A program made the position numbers and the translations under genes. This document shows positions 28,285 through 36,823 of a stretch of DNA of 64,000 bases, piece after piece. The number at the start of each line of letters is the position of its first letter. The stretch's first letter is position 1. The notes under the pieces were generated by a model that searched no databases, was not told the DNA's origin, and saw nothing but the letters and a program-made list of their open reading frames with translations. The stretch spans positions 2,193 through 66,192 of the forward strand of contig JANXBX010000010.1 of NCBI GenBank assembly GCA_025060595.1, given 5' to 3'. Source of the DNA: Synergistota bacterium. GTDB lineage: Bacteria > Synergistota > GBS-1.

Positions 28285-28968
28285 TCATGACTCTTTAATA
28301 AACTGATCTTTACCTGCTCCACAAATTGGGCAAAACCAATCCTCTGGAAGATCCTCGAAAGGCGTTCCAGGTTTCACACCTGAATCTGGATCCCCTAAGC
28401 GGGGATCATAAACATAATTACAGATTAAGCATCTATATTTATTTACTTTCTTAATCTCCCTTTCGATATAGTGAGGAGCAGTTTTAGGAATACCGCCTCT
28501 TTTAACCTCATGATAATAGTCATAAGTCATTGGCTCTCCCTCTTTAATGATCTCTGCCTCCAATAGCTTTCCTATGAAAAGAATATGACTCCCCATATCA
28601 ATTTCCTTTTCAACACAAACTTCTACAAATGCTAAAGAGTTTTCTAACACTATAGGAGCTCCACTCTTACCTACAGTGTATTTAAAATTAACACTCGAAA
28701 ATTTATCAATATTCCTACCAGACTTAAAACCGAAATGTCCTATAAATTTAAGCGGAGTTTCTTTAGAAAGTACAGAAGCAGAAAAAACCTTAGATTCCCT
28801 AACAAAATCACATGTAAGGTTAATTTTATTAAGACTAACCGCAAGCATAGGCGGCTCGTTTGTAACCTGAAATAACGTATTGGCTATTTGTCCATTCAAC
28901 TTGTTTCCTTTAAAAGAACAAACAACATACATACCATAGCTTAACTTATAAAGAGCATTTAGATCCAT
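28285..28968 (-). CDS. Flavin reductase-like domain fused to a C-terminal rubredoxin (high-molecular-weight rubredoxin, Hrb-like)
   Basis: The ORF track starts at TTG 28986. ATG 28968 ([16 protein letters not shown]) follows GAGGAGGTGA by 4 nt. The C-terminus [10 protein letters not shown]...[14 protein letters not shown] is a canonical rubredoxin CxxC...CxxC. Confidence 0.88.
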   Translation of the reverse strand: MDLNALYKLSYGMYVVCSFKGNKLNGQIANTLFQVTNEPPMLAVSLNKINLTCDFVRESKVFSASVLSKETPLKFIGHFGFKSGRNIDKFSSVNFKYTVGKSGAPIVLENSLAFVEVCVEKEIDMGSHILFIGKLLEAEIIKEGEPMTYDYYHEVKRGGIPKTAPHYIEREIKKVNKYRCLICNYVYDPRLGDPDSGVKPGTPFEDLPEDWFCPICGAGKDQFIKES

Positions 28969-29007
28969 GGTTTCACCTCCTCTCAAAGAGATTATACTGC
29001 AAAATCC

Positions 29008-30348
29008 TCACGCTTTATACCCCTCAAGATCTACGGAGACTCTATTAAAGCCTATCCTTTTGAATTCTTTAACTAAATCCACATATAAATCGGGATTTAA
29101 AGCCCTTTTTATTTCATCTTTACCGAACTCAACCCTACAAATATCTGGTTGATCTACCCTAACCCTAACTACCTTAAAGCCTAAGAGTTTAAGATAGGCT
29201 TCAGCTTCCTCTACTTTCCTTAAAATTTTAGAATCTATCGCCAAACCCCTGTAAAACCTAGTTGCAAGACAAGTTCCAGGAGGTTGATTCCAAAAAGGCA
29301 ACTTAAAGTACTTAGAAAGTTCCCTTATCTCTTCCTTAGTTAGCTTAGCTAACTTTAACGGAGAAACTACTTTAAGCTCCTCAAGAGCCTTCAATCCAGG
29401 CCTATCCTCACTAAGGTCAGAAAAGTTCGTTCCATCTAAAACTATCAAATTTTTATCCTTTGCCCAATCCAAGAAAAGCTCATACATCGCTTTTTTACAG
29501 TAATAACACCTTAACGCAGAGTTATTAGATAGCTCGCTTAAGGAAAGCAAATTAAGTTTTAAACTAACAAGCTTTACTCCCAAAAGCTCAGCATGCTTTC
29601 TTACCCTAATTCTCGCTTCTTCAGTTAGGAAGGGAGTATCTGCAAAGAGAGCATAAACCTCATCACAAAACCTCTTTGCAGAAAAAGCCAGAAAAGAGCT
29701 ATCAATCCCTCCTGACAAAGCGACAGCAACTTTATTGAAACCCCTCAATATCTCTCCAAGATGAAGAAACTTCACAAATTTAAGTATGCCTCTTAAAGCC
29801 TTTCCCCTATGACTTACAGCAAGCTTTTCCTCCCTAGACAACTCAGCAAAGGTCTTACCTAAAGGAGTATAAAAAAATATGGGATCATAACCGAAACCAG
29901 AACTACCTCTAGGAAAGGTTGTAATGGTTCCCTCTACCTTTCCTTGAGAAACAAACCTCTCCCCCGTAGGAAGAGCTAAAACCATAACACATCTAAACCT
30001 AGCAGTTCTATCTTCAAAAGGGACCCCCTCAAGAGCCTTAAGAAGCTTGCTTATCCTTTCCTGATCATCCCTACCATAGCGCGAAGAGTACACGCCTGGA
30101 GCGCCATTTAAGGCATCTACCTCTAAAGCGCTATCCTCAACAATAACGGGGAGACTTAAAAAACGAGAGTAGACTTTACCTTTAAGAAGAGCGTTTCCCC
30201 TTATCGTCTTGGCACTTTCCTTCACCTCAGGAACTTCACTAAAATCGCTAAGAGAAAGAATTTCTATTTCTTCGTTTATTTCCCTTTCAAGAAACGCCTT
30301 TATCTCCTTAAACTTCCCCTCATTTGTAGTAGCTATAACTATCTTCAT
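29008..30348 (-). CDS. Fusion protein: RdgB/HAM1 dITP/XTP pyrophosphatase (N) + LarE-type PP-loop ATP-dependent sulfur transferase (C)
   Basis: 446 aa. The N half has ATTNEGKFKE, EDSALEVDALNGAPGVYSSRY, FGYDPIF, SHRGKA. The C half has PP-loop VALSGGIDSS, CYYC and GTCLATR cysteines. ATGA overlap with the upstream flavoprotein gene. Confidence 0.85.
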   Translation of the reverse strand: MKIVIATTNEGKFKEIKAFLEREINEEIEILSLSDFSEVPEVKESAKTIRGNALLKGKVYSRFLSLPVIVEDSALEVDALNGAPGVYSSRYGRDDQERISKLLKALEGVPFEDRTARFRCVMVLALPTGERFVSQGKVEGTITTFPRGSSGFGYDPIFFYTPLGKTFAELSREEKLAVSHRGKALRGILKFVKFLHLGEILRGFNKVAVALSGGIDSSFLAFSAKRFCDEVYALFADTPFLTEEARIRVRKHAELLGVKLVSLKLNLLSLSELSNNSALRCYYCKKAMYELFLDWAKDKNLIVLDGTNFSDLSEDRPGLKALEELKVVSPLKLAKLTKEEIRELSKYFKLPFWNQPPGTCLATRFYRGLAIDSKILRKVEEAEAYLKLLGFKVVRVRVDQPDICRVEFGKDEIKRALNPDLYVDLVKEFKRIGFNRVSVDLEGYKA

Positions 30349-30881
30349 AGCTTTAACCTGTTTATTTCCCTCCTAAGTTCTCTCACAGAATTAACCACTA
30401 TAACGTTTTCCATACATCTTAGTCTCAGTATGTTTTCTTCATCAACGTTACGTCTTTTAAGAACTATCTCTTTACCAGAAGGTGAAAGAGAAATAAGCCC
30501 CTCATCAACATCAGTAGGTAATACTACAGACGGAACTCCTGCTTTTCCAGATTGAGCAAATATATTAGTTATAAGCGTATCGGCTATCCCATACGCCATT
30601 TTTGCCACTGTATTAGAAGTAGCAGGAGCTATAACCAAAAGCGAATAGACACCCCTATAAAACAAACCACATGAAGGAGAGCTTGAAGTTCTATCAAGAA
30701 TAAGATTATTTTCCTTGAGACAATCCCAAAATCTATACATTTTTAAAACTTCCTCACCTGCTTTAGATATAAAGATATCAACCTTATTTTTAGGAAAAGA
30801 AAGGATCATCTCTATACATTCTTTTAGAAAGGCCCCTGCTCCAGTTATCCCCCATGCAATTTTCTTCTCATTCATCGACAT
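30345..30881 (-). CDS. Flavoprotein-family protein (CoaC/UbiX/AfpA-like fold)
   Basis: 178 aa. IAWGITGAGA N-terminal motif and VIAPATSNTVAKMAYGIADTLITN, characteristic of the Flavoprotein (homo-oligomeric flavin-containing decarboxylase-like) family. GGGGGT SD. Confidence 0.75.
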   Translation of the reverse strand: MSMNEKKIAWGITGAGAFLKECIEMILSFPKNKVDIFISKAGEEVLKMYRFWDCLKENNLILDRTSSSPSCGLFYRGVYSLLVIAPATSNTVAKMAYGIADTLITNIFAQSGKAGVPSVVLPTDVDEGLISLSPSGKEIVLKRRNVDEENILRLRCMENVIVVNSVRELRREINRLKL

Positions 30882-30949
30882 CTATATACCCCCATCTCAA
30901 AGGTTGATCTTGAATATACCTCTTTCTAAGCAAAATTGCGAGCTTAGCC

Positions 30950-31558
30950 CTATAAGACCTGTGAGCTAACATCACCTTCTCGTAAGAAAGCAAAATAGCT
31001 AATCACCTCTTTTAACCTATAAAGATCTTCTACATAGTTAACATTTAAAAAAGTATATGGAGGAAAGTCTTCTGCATTAATAAATTTCACAAAATGGGAC
31101 CTCCTTATAACCGCTTGAAGGCTCCTTATGCCACTTCTAAAAGACTCCTTTAAAAGTTCTAAAAACTCAATCCTATATAAAGCAAATAGGGGCTCTACCC
31201 ATCCATTATGCCATCGAGGAACCAATGCAAAAAAATCTTCAGAAGAACTGCCTAGAAGAAAATTCACACTCTCCCGAGAAATAAGAGGCATATCACCAGC
31301 AACAGCAAGAAACTCCCTTATTCCCATTTTAGAGAGCTCTTCAAAGAGATATATAAAAGAAGGTATTATCCACTCTTTCTTATCCTCAAGGATAGGAAAA
31401 GAACAATTAAAATTGACTTTGCTAAAAACCAAGATATCAAGACCTGCACTTCTCAGAGAATCTAAAATAAGATCTATCAACCGAAAACCCGGTTTTACTT
31501 CCACAAAATGCTTATTTGGAAACCTTTTTGAATTCCCTACAAATACTACCGCTAGCAA
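30950..31558 (-). CDS. mobA: MobA-like nucleotidyltransferase (molybdenum cofactor guanylyltransferase family)
   Basis: 202 aa. N-terminal VFVGNSKRFPNK (degenerate LAGGxSxRMGxDK), AGDMPLIS, PRWHNGWVEPLFALY (compare MobA ..EPLhAvY). Confidence 0.65.
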   Translation of the reverse strand: MLAVVFVGNSKRFPNKHFVEVKPGFRLIDLILDSLRSAGLDILVFSKVNFNCSFPILEDKKEWIIPSFIYLFEELSKMGIREFLAVAGDMPLISRESVNFLLGSSSEDFFALVPRWHNGWVEPLFALYRIEFLELLKESFRSGIRSLQAVIRRSHFVKFINAEDFPPYTFLNVNYVEDLYRLKEVISYFAFLREGDVSSQVL

Positions 31559-31567
31559 AGATTTTCC

Positions 31568-31921
31568 TTATTTAGCTCCAAATTGTTCGCAAGCATCGAA
31601 AACATATTTGATATAAGTGAAAGCTGGCCCTCCACCCATAAGACCAGCAACGAAAGCAGATTCTAATATCTCTTGTTTCGTTGCGCCTGCCTCTATGGCG
31701 TTTTTAACATGTATAGCTATACAAAATTGGCAACGAGCTGCAACAGCTAAAGCCACAGATATAAGTTCCTTAACTTTTGTTGAAAGAGCCCCCTCCTTTT
31801 CTGACTCCTTAACAAGCCCCATAAAAGCCTTAGCGTAGTTCGGATCCACCTGCTGAATCTTCTTAAACATATCAACAAACTGATCATAATACTTCTTCAT
31901 ATCCTCTGTAAGGTTAGCCAC
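31568..31921 (-). CDS. Carboxymuconolactone decarboxylase / AhpD-like family protein with a CxxC motif
   Basis: 117 aa, GTG start after AGAGGAGGTG. AARCQFCIAIH matches the AhpD-core CxxC peroxidase-like motif. Confidence 0.85.
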   Translation of the reverse strand: MANLTEDMKKYYDQFVDMFKKIQQVDPNYAKAFMGLVKESEKEGALSTKVKELISVALAVAARCQFCIAIHVKNAIEAGATKQEILESAFVAGLMGGGPAFTYIKYVFDACEQFGAK

Positions 31922-31953
31922 ACAGATCCACCTCCTCTTTGACTTCTAAAAGA

Positions 31954-31962
31954 ATTATATCA
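31954..31962 (-). promoter_or_regulatory. Extended -10 promoter element (TGATATAAT) upstream of the AhpD-like/MobA/flavoprotein/RdgB-LarE/Hrb gene string
   Basis: The minus strand reads TGATATAAT about 20 nt upstream of the SD of the 31921 gene. No good -35, which extended -10 promoters tolerate. Confidence 0.45.
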
Positions 31963-31979
31963 TAGTAATAATGAAATTT

Positions 31980-32690
31980 TTATCTTTTAAGAATCTCAAC
32001 TTCTTCAGAAGTTAGCTCCCTCCAATCACCCTCCCTAAGGCCATCTAAAAAAACCGGCCCTATTCTAATCCTTCTAATTTTAACAGGGTTAACCCCGAGA
32101 GCATAGCACATATTTTTAACTTGGTGAAACATCCCCTCACAAATGGTAAGAGAAATAAGATCACTAGACACCCTAATTAGCCTTCCAGGTCTGCAAGAAG
32201 TTCCATCTCTTAATATCAACCCCTTCTCGACCAACTCTTCCGCATTTTCGGGAAGGCTTCCCTCTACCCAAACGTGATATTCCTTTTCCACCTTATTCCT
32301 AGGGCTTATAACACGATGAATAAACTGACCATCGTTAGACAAAAGCAAAAGTCCCTCCACATCCTTATCGAGTCTTCCTGCTATAGATAACCTCTTCCTA
32401 AGAGGGTGCTTCAAAATTTCAAGAACGGAACCCTCGTTACCAAGAGTAACACTGAGAAATCCCGCTGGCTTAAACATAGCAATATACACCATTTGAGGCG
32501 GACCTATAATAACCCCATCTAAAGAAACTTCGTCATCTTCCTGAACCTTAAAAGAGGGATCTCGTATTTCCCTTCCGTTAACTAGAACCTTTCCCTTTCT
32601 TATAAGATTCCTAACTTCACTCCTACTAAACTCGCTAGAGGAGGAAATATACCTATCCAGTCTAAACTTCTTCATAGATACCAGGAACAC
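31980..32690 (-). CDS. rsuA: S4-domain pseudouridine synthase, RsuA/RluB family
   Basis: 236 aa. S4 domain (RLDRYIS...RSEVRNLIRKGKVLVNG) and the catalytic AGRLDKDVEGLLLLSNDG. The start is uncertain (GTG 32690 or ATG 32675). Confidence 0.85.
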   Translation of the reverse strand: MFLVSMKKFRLDRYISSSSEFSRSEVRNLIRKGKVLVNGREIRDPSFKVQEDDEVSLDGVIIGPPQMVYIAMFKPAGFLSVTLGNEGSVLEILKHPLRKRLSIAGRLDKDVEGLLLLSNDGQFIHRVISPRNKVEKEYHVWVEGSLPENAEELVEKGLILRDGTSCRPGRLIRVSSDLISLTICEGMFHQVKNMCYALGVNPVKIRRIRIGPVFLDGLREGDWRELTSEEVEILKR

Positions 32691-32737
32691 CCCCTACCTA
32701 ATCCGTATTAAGAAAAACTCTTAAAATTATACCACTG

Positions 32738-32746
32738 TGATAAAAT
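32738..32746 (+). promoter_or_regulatory. Candidate extended -10 element (TGATAAAAT) for the 32771 gene
   Basis: TGnTAAAAT at 32738..32746, about 10 nt upstream of the AAGGAGGG SD. Weak -35. Confidence 0.3.
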
Positions 32747-32770
32747 AAATGATATAAGGAGGGATAACAC

Positions 32771-33472
32771 ATGATGGTAAAACTTAAATGCTATTTCAAA
32801 AATGGGGGAGAGAAGGAGGTTACCCTTAGCTGGAACAGTTGCGTAGCAGCAGGTTATACAGGAAGAAACAGAAAAGCTGTAATAGCCCATATAGAGGAGC
32901 TTAAAAAATTAGGGGTTCCAGCACCCGAGAAAGTTCCAGCAACTTATTGGATAGAACCCTATAGGGTAACAACAGAAGGAGAGATATATGTAATAGGGGA
33001 GAAAAGCTCAGGAGAGGTAGAGTTCTTCCTAGCTAAGGATGAAGAGGGGGAATTATATGTAACCGTTGGTAGCGATCACACTGATAGAGAACTCGAAAGA
33101 ATATCAGTTTCAAAAGCCAAACAAATTTGTTCCAAAGTAATAGCGCCAACTTGTTGGAAACTAAAAGAGATAAGAGAACACTGGGATGAGCTAATCTTAA
33201 AAATGGAGGTTAAAAATAATGAAAACGAAGATTTTCTCCTTTATCAAGAAGGAAAGGTCTCAAACATCCTAACGCCTGAGGAACTTGTAAAGTTAGCCTA
33301 TGAAGAAAAACCATATTATCTAGATAATCCTTCTATTTTCAGTGGAACTATACCTATACTTACTAAAGAGGTTCTATTTTCAAGAATTTATAAAATGAGC
33401 CTTGAAGATCCAATTCTTGGTAGGGAGATAAAACACTCTTACAAAGTAATAAGTTTACCTGACAAAATTTAA
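32771..33472 (+). CDS. Uncharacterised protein, DUF2848-like
   Basis: 233 aa. AAGYTGRNRKAVIAHIEELKKLGVPAP...SGEVEF...VGSDHTDRELE matches my recollection of the DUF2848 family pattern; this has not been verified by search. Confidence 0.55.
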   Translation: MMVKLKCYFKNGGEKEVTLSWNSCVAAGYTGRNRKAVIAHIEELKKLGVPAPEKVPATYWIEPYRVTTEGEIYVIGEKSSGEVEFFLAKDEEGELYVTVGSDHTDRELERISVSKAKQICSKVIAPTCWKLKEIREHWDELILKMEVKNNENEDFLLYQEGKVSNILTPEELVKLAYEEKPYYLDNPSIFSGTIPILTKEVLFSRIYKMSLEDPILGREIKHSYKVISLPDKI

Positions 33473-34764
33473 TCTACCCTCCTTGCCAAGAAGAGAGCAA
33501 GCTCCGGAAACCTTATCAATATAGCTATCATTATCAACATCATAAAGACGAAGGGAACGCTTCCTATTATCACATCAGAAATGGTCCCTTCCCTTCTTAT
33601 CCCTTGAACTACGTACAGATTAAGCCCTACGGGAGGAGTTATAAGAGCCATTTCTATCAAAATTATAAGCAATACACCAAACCATATCGGATCATAACCG
33701 CAATCTACTATCACAGGAAAAACTATTGGTATAGTTAATACCATCATCGAAAGAGTTTCTATAAAAAATCCCATAACTATATAAATGGCTATTATAACGA
33801 GTAAAGTTTGAAAAGGAGAAAGCCCAAGATTAGACATAAGATCACGAAGAGTATCAGTTAAGCCCAAAGAAACAAGGACAAAGTTCAAGAAGGTAGCTGC
33901 AACGAGAATAAACATTATCATCCCTGTTGCACTTACAGTTCCCTCAAAAGACTCTTTAAGCATCCTAAGAGAAAGTCTTTTCCTGCGCCAAGCGAAAATC
34001 AGAGCTCCAATAACACCCATTGCCGCAGATTCCGTAGGGGTAGCAAACCCTGCATATATAGAACCAACCACAATTAAAAATATCACAAGTGTAGGGAAAA
34101 AGTCTTTAAGGCTTTTAATTCTATCCTCCCAACTTACATTTTCGGAAGTTCTCCTCCCTGCAAGATCAGGTTTCACTAAGCAAGCTAAAAGTATAAATAT
34201 ACTAAAGAGAATAGCCAGTACTATACCTGGAATTATACCGGCAACAAACAATCGAGGAATTGAGGTGTTTGTTAAAAAACCATAAACTATCATGTTTATA
34301 GAAGGTGGAATTAGTATACCAAGGGTTCCACCAGCAGCTATAGAGCCAGCAAACAAAGCCTCATTATAGCCATATTTTTTAGCTTGAGGAAGAGCAAGGG
34401 TTCCTATAGTTGCAGCTGTAGCTACACTTGATCCAGATGTTGCTGCAAAAAGCGCTGAGGCAAAAACGTTTGCATGCATCAAACCCCCAGGTAACCAGGA
34501 AAGCCATTTATCAGCAGCTTTGTAAGTATCCTCAGCTATTCCAGATTTTAAGAGAATCTGTCCTAATAGTATAAAAAGAGGTATAGCAAACAAAACGAAA
34601 TCAGTGCTTCCTATCCATGCTACTTCCCCCATAGCAGAATGAAGAGGAAATGGAGAGAAAAGCTTTCCCAAAATTAAACCCAATACCCCCATAGTTGCAC
34701 CTACGGGGATACTCAACATCAATAGAAGTAAGAGAACTGCAAGCAAAGTTAGGGTTATCGTCAC
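33469..34764 (-). CDS. dctM: TRAP transporter large permease subunit
   Basis: 431 aa polytopic protein. DctM-like motifs (FAIPLFILLGQIL, IPPSINMIVYG). ATGA overlap with dctQ. Confidence 0.92.
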   Translation of the reverse strand: MTITLTLLAVLLLLLMLSIPVGATMGVLGLILGKLFSPFPLHSAMGEVAWIGSTDFVLFAIPLFILLGQILLKSGIAEDTYKAADKWLSWLPGGLMHANVFASALFAATSGSSVATAATIGTLALPQAKKYGYNEALFAGSIAAGGTLGILIPPSINMIVYGFLTNTSIPRLFVAGIIPGIVLAILFSIFILLACLVKPDLAGRRTSENVSWEDRIKSLKDFFPTLVIFLIVVGSIYAGFATPTESAAMGVIGALIFAWRRKRLSLRMLKESFEGTVSATGMIMFILVAATFLNFVLVSLGLTDTLRDLMSNLGLSPFQTLLVIIAIYIVMGFFIETLSMMVLTIPIVFPVIVDCGYDPIWFGVLLIILIEMALITPPVGLNLYVVQGIRREGTISDVIIGSVPFVFMMLIMIAILIRFPELALFLARRVD

Positions 34765-35333
34765 TTTACCTTTCCCTCCTTTAAATCTTCTATCTCCTCT
34801 TCCAAAGTTGTAGAGCCAGCCAATTTATAGGCTTCTGCCAAGTTACCCTTAGAGAGGTTATACAAGGTTAATCCCAAAAACACAGCTAAAACAAACGAAA
34901 AGAAAAGAAGGCCAAAAAACCAAAGAGATTGAGGAATCCATAAAGGAGTTTGAAGAGGGGTATTAGACAGTGATTTTCTTATCCAGGATGTCTTAAGTAC
35001 ACCAAAAGAGTAATAAGCTAAAGGAAAAACAAAAGCTATAAGAGCTAAGAGGGAAAATACATCTAATACGGATCTGAATTTAAGCGAGGTTTTAAGATAG
35101 ATAACATCTATCCTAATATGATTCTTGTTAAGAAAAGCATAAACAAACCCCCACCCACTCATTATAGCCAAAACATAACCTGAGAACTCATCTCCACCTC
35201 GTATGGAAACAGCAAAGATCTTCCTCATTAAAACATCTACACATATATAGAAAGCCATAAATAGAACCAAGGCCCCGCATAACCAAATACTTACCCTACA
35301 TAATCTTTCAATAGATGAAAGAAAACCTTTCAA
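34761..35333 (-). CDS. dctQ: TRAP transporter small permease subunit
   Basis: 190 aa with four hydrophobic helices. TTG start 9 nt after GGAGGT. Position between dctP and dctM. Confidence 0.85.
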   Translation of the reverse strand: MKGFLSSIERLCRVSIWLCGALVLFMAFYICVDVLMRKIFAVSIRGGDEFSGYVLAIMSGWGFVYAFLNKNHIRIDVIYLKTSLKFRSVLDVFSLLALIAFVFPLAYYSFGVLKTSWIRKSLSNTPLQTPLWIPQSLWFFGLLFFSFVLAVFLGLTLYNLSKGNLAEAYKLAGSTTLEEEIEDLKEGKVK

Positions 35334-35353
35334 CTTTCATCTACCTCCAACTT

Positions 35354-35397
35354 AAAAAAGGGGATATGGCCTTTTAAAAGGCCATATCCCCTTTTAA
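35354..35397 (-). terminator. Intercistronic stem-loop / partial terminator between dctP and dctQ
   Basis: Perfect 12-bp GC-containing stem ggggatatggcc / ggccatatcccc with loop ttttaaaa. It is flanked by A-run and T-run sequence, and followed by TTTTTT on the minus strand. Confidence 0.55.
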
Positions 35398-35404
35398 AAA
35401 ATCA

Positions 35405-36463
35405 CTATTTCTTAATTTCCGCCTTAAGGCCGATCACTTTACCTATGCTCTCATTCCAACGCTTAACAGCATCCTCACCAGCTTGCTTTGCCCACGCGGG
35501 AAGAACATGCTCCAAAAGAAGCTTACGAGCAAGCTCTATGTCAGTAGGCGTAACTTCGATAAGCTGCATCGAGTTAGGCTTTCCATACTGACAATCTCCC
35601 TTACCAGTAAGGCAGTTTATACCCTGGCGAGTTTGATCATCCGCGTCATCCCAAGCAGGATTCTCATACTTTTCCTTCATAAGGCTTTCGATAGTCTTGC
35701 GTTCCTCAGGAGAGAAAGAATTCCAAACATCAAGCCTCATAACAGTCATAACATAATCCCAACCACCTATGGGCAAAGGATAAAGATACTTAGAAACCTC
35801 TCCCCAGCCGGCACTGTATCCAGAAAGGCTTCCTGTAACAGCACAGTCAACCACCCCTCTTTGAAGAGCGGTAGCTACTTCACTAAAAGTTATAGTTACG
35901 CCTGTTGCGCCAAGGGCCTCAACAAATTGCGATGTGGTCCAGCCACTGGCACGAACCTTTTTACCTTTAAGATCAGCTAAACCTTTTATTTCAATCTTGG
36001 AGAAAAGCACTTGCGCAGGATAGGGAACGACGGCTAAAAGCTTAGCGTTAAAAGTCTTTTCAAGAACACCAGCCATAACCGGCTTATAGGCTTCAACTAC
36101 CTTGCGAGCTGTTCCAATATCAGGAGCAATAGCCGGAAGATCTAAACCTGCTAACTCAGGAGCATCAGAAACTACATAGTCAACAACTGTAGAAACCACA
36201 TCAAATACGCCTTTATCCATGGCACGAAGTACTTCCGCCCCCGAAAGCTTTACCTGTTCGAGAGTAGTTAAAACCGGCTTCAACTTACCCCCAAAAGCCT
36301 GAGGCAGAACTTCCGTCCACAATGGACGTTCAAACTTCTTGTGTAAAGCTAGATTGCCCCAGCTTCCTACCACCCTTACAGTTTTTTCCTGAGATATAAT
36401 GGGTAAGGCTAATCCTAAAAGAACCATAACTACTACCGCTGTAACTAGTAAAGACCTCCTCAT
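35405..36463 (-). CDS. dctP: TRAP transporter substrate-binding protein (DctP family)
   Basis: The ORF track starts at 36529. ATG 36463 (MRRSLLVTAVVVMVLLGLALP, a signal peptide) follows GGGGGTGGAG by 6 nt. DctP-type periplasmic-binding fold. Confidence 0.88.
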   Translation of the reverse strand: MRRSLLVTAVVVMVLLGLALPIISQEKTVRVVGSWGNLALHKKFERPLWTEVLPQAFGGKLKPVLTTLEQVKLSGAEVLRAMDKGVFDVVSTVVDYVVSDAPELAGLDLPAIAPDIGTARKVVEAYKPVMAGVLEKTFNAKLLAVVPYPAQVLFSKIEIKGLADLKGKKVRASGWTTSQFVEALGATGVTITFSEVATALQRGVVDCAVTGSLSGYSAGWGEVSKYLYPLPIGGWDYVMTVMRLDVWNSFSPEERKTIESLMKEKYENPAWDDADDQTRQGINCLTGKGDCQYGKPNSMQLIEVTPTDIELARKLLLEHVLPAWAKQAGEDAVKRWNESIGKVIGLKAEIKK

Positions 36464-36627
36464 ATGCTCCACCCCCTTTATTAAAAAGAGATGATATCTT
36501 ATTCTAAAGTAAAAACTCTTTAGAATCAACTACTTTAAAAAGATTTTAAAATTCTAACCATAGCAAACTTTTTATTCTTTAGAAAACCTTAATAATGAAA
36601 CTTAAAGATAACTATATAGTTCTATCT

Positions 36628-36810
36628 TCACTGAGAAACAGAATAATAACAGCGCTTGGGCGAAATTATCTTTCCCTCATCTTTAAGCTTTTTGATTATT
36701 TCTGATATCTCCTTACTGTCAATACCTGTTAACTTAGCCACATCACCAGGCCTTAAAGGCTTACCTGCCTTTTTAAAAGCCTCGAGAACTATTTTTTCTT
36801 TTTCTTCCAT
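36628..36810 (-). CDS. Small stand-alone winged-helix DNA-binding protein
   Basis: 60 aa from ATG 36810, which follows AAGGAGGTG by 6 nt. The GTG at 36819 lies inside the SD. KPLRPGDVAKLTGIDSKEISEIIKKLKDEGKIISPKR is a helix-turn-helix plus wing pattern. Confidence 0.65.
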   Translation of the reverse strand: MEEKEKIVLEAFKKAGKPLRPGDVAKLTGIDSKEISEIIKKLKDEGKIISPKRCYYSVSQ

Positions 36811-36823
36811 TGGAAACACCTCC

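Noticed and set aside
36605-36628. AT-rich imperfect palindrome right after the wHTH gene stop, as a possible terminator
   Set aside because: The stem is AT-only with a bulge and almost no loop, so its predicted stability is too low to call with confidence.
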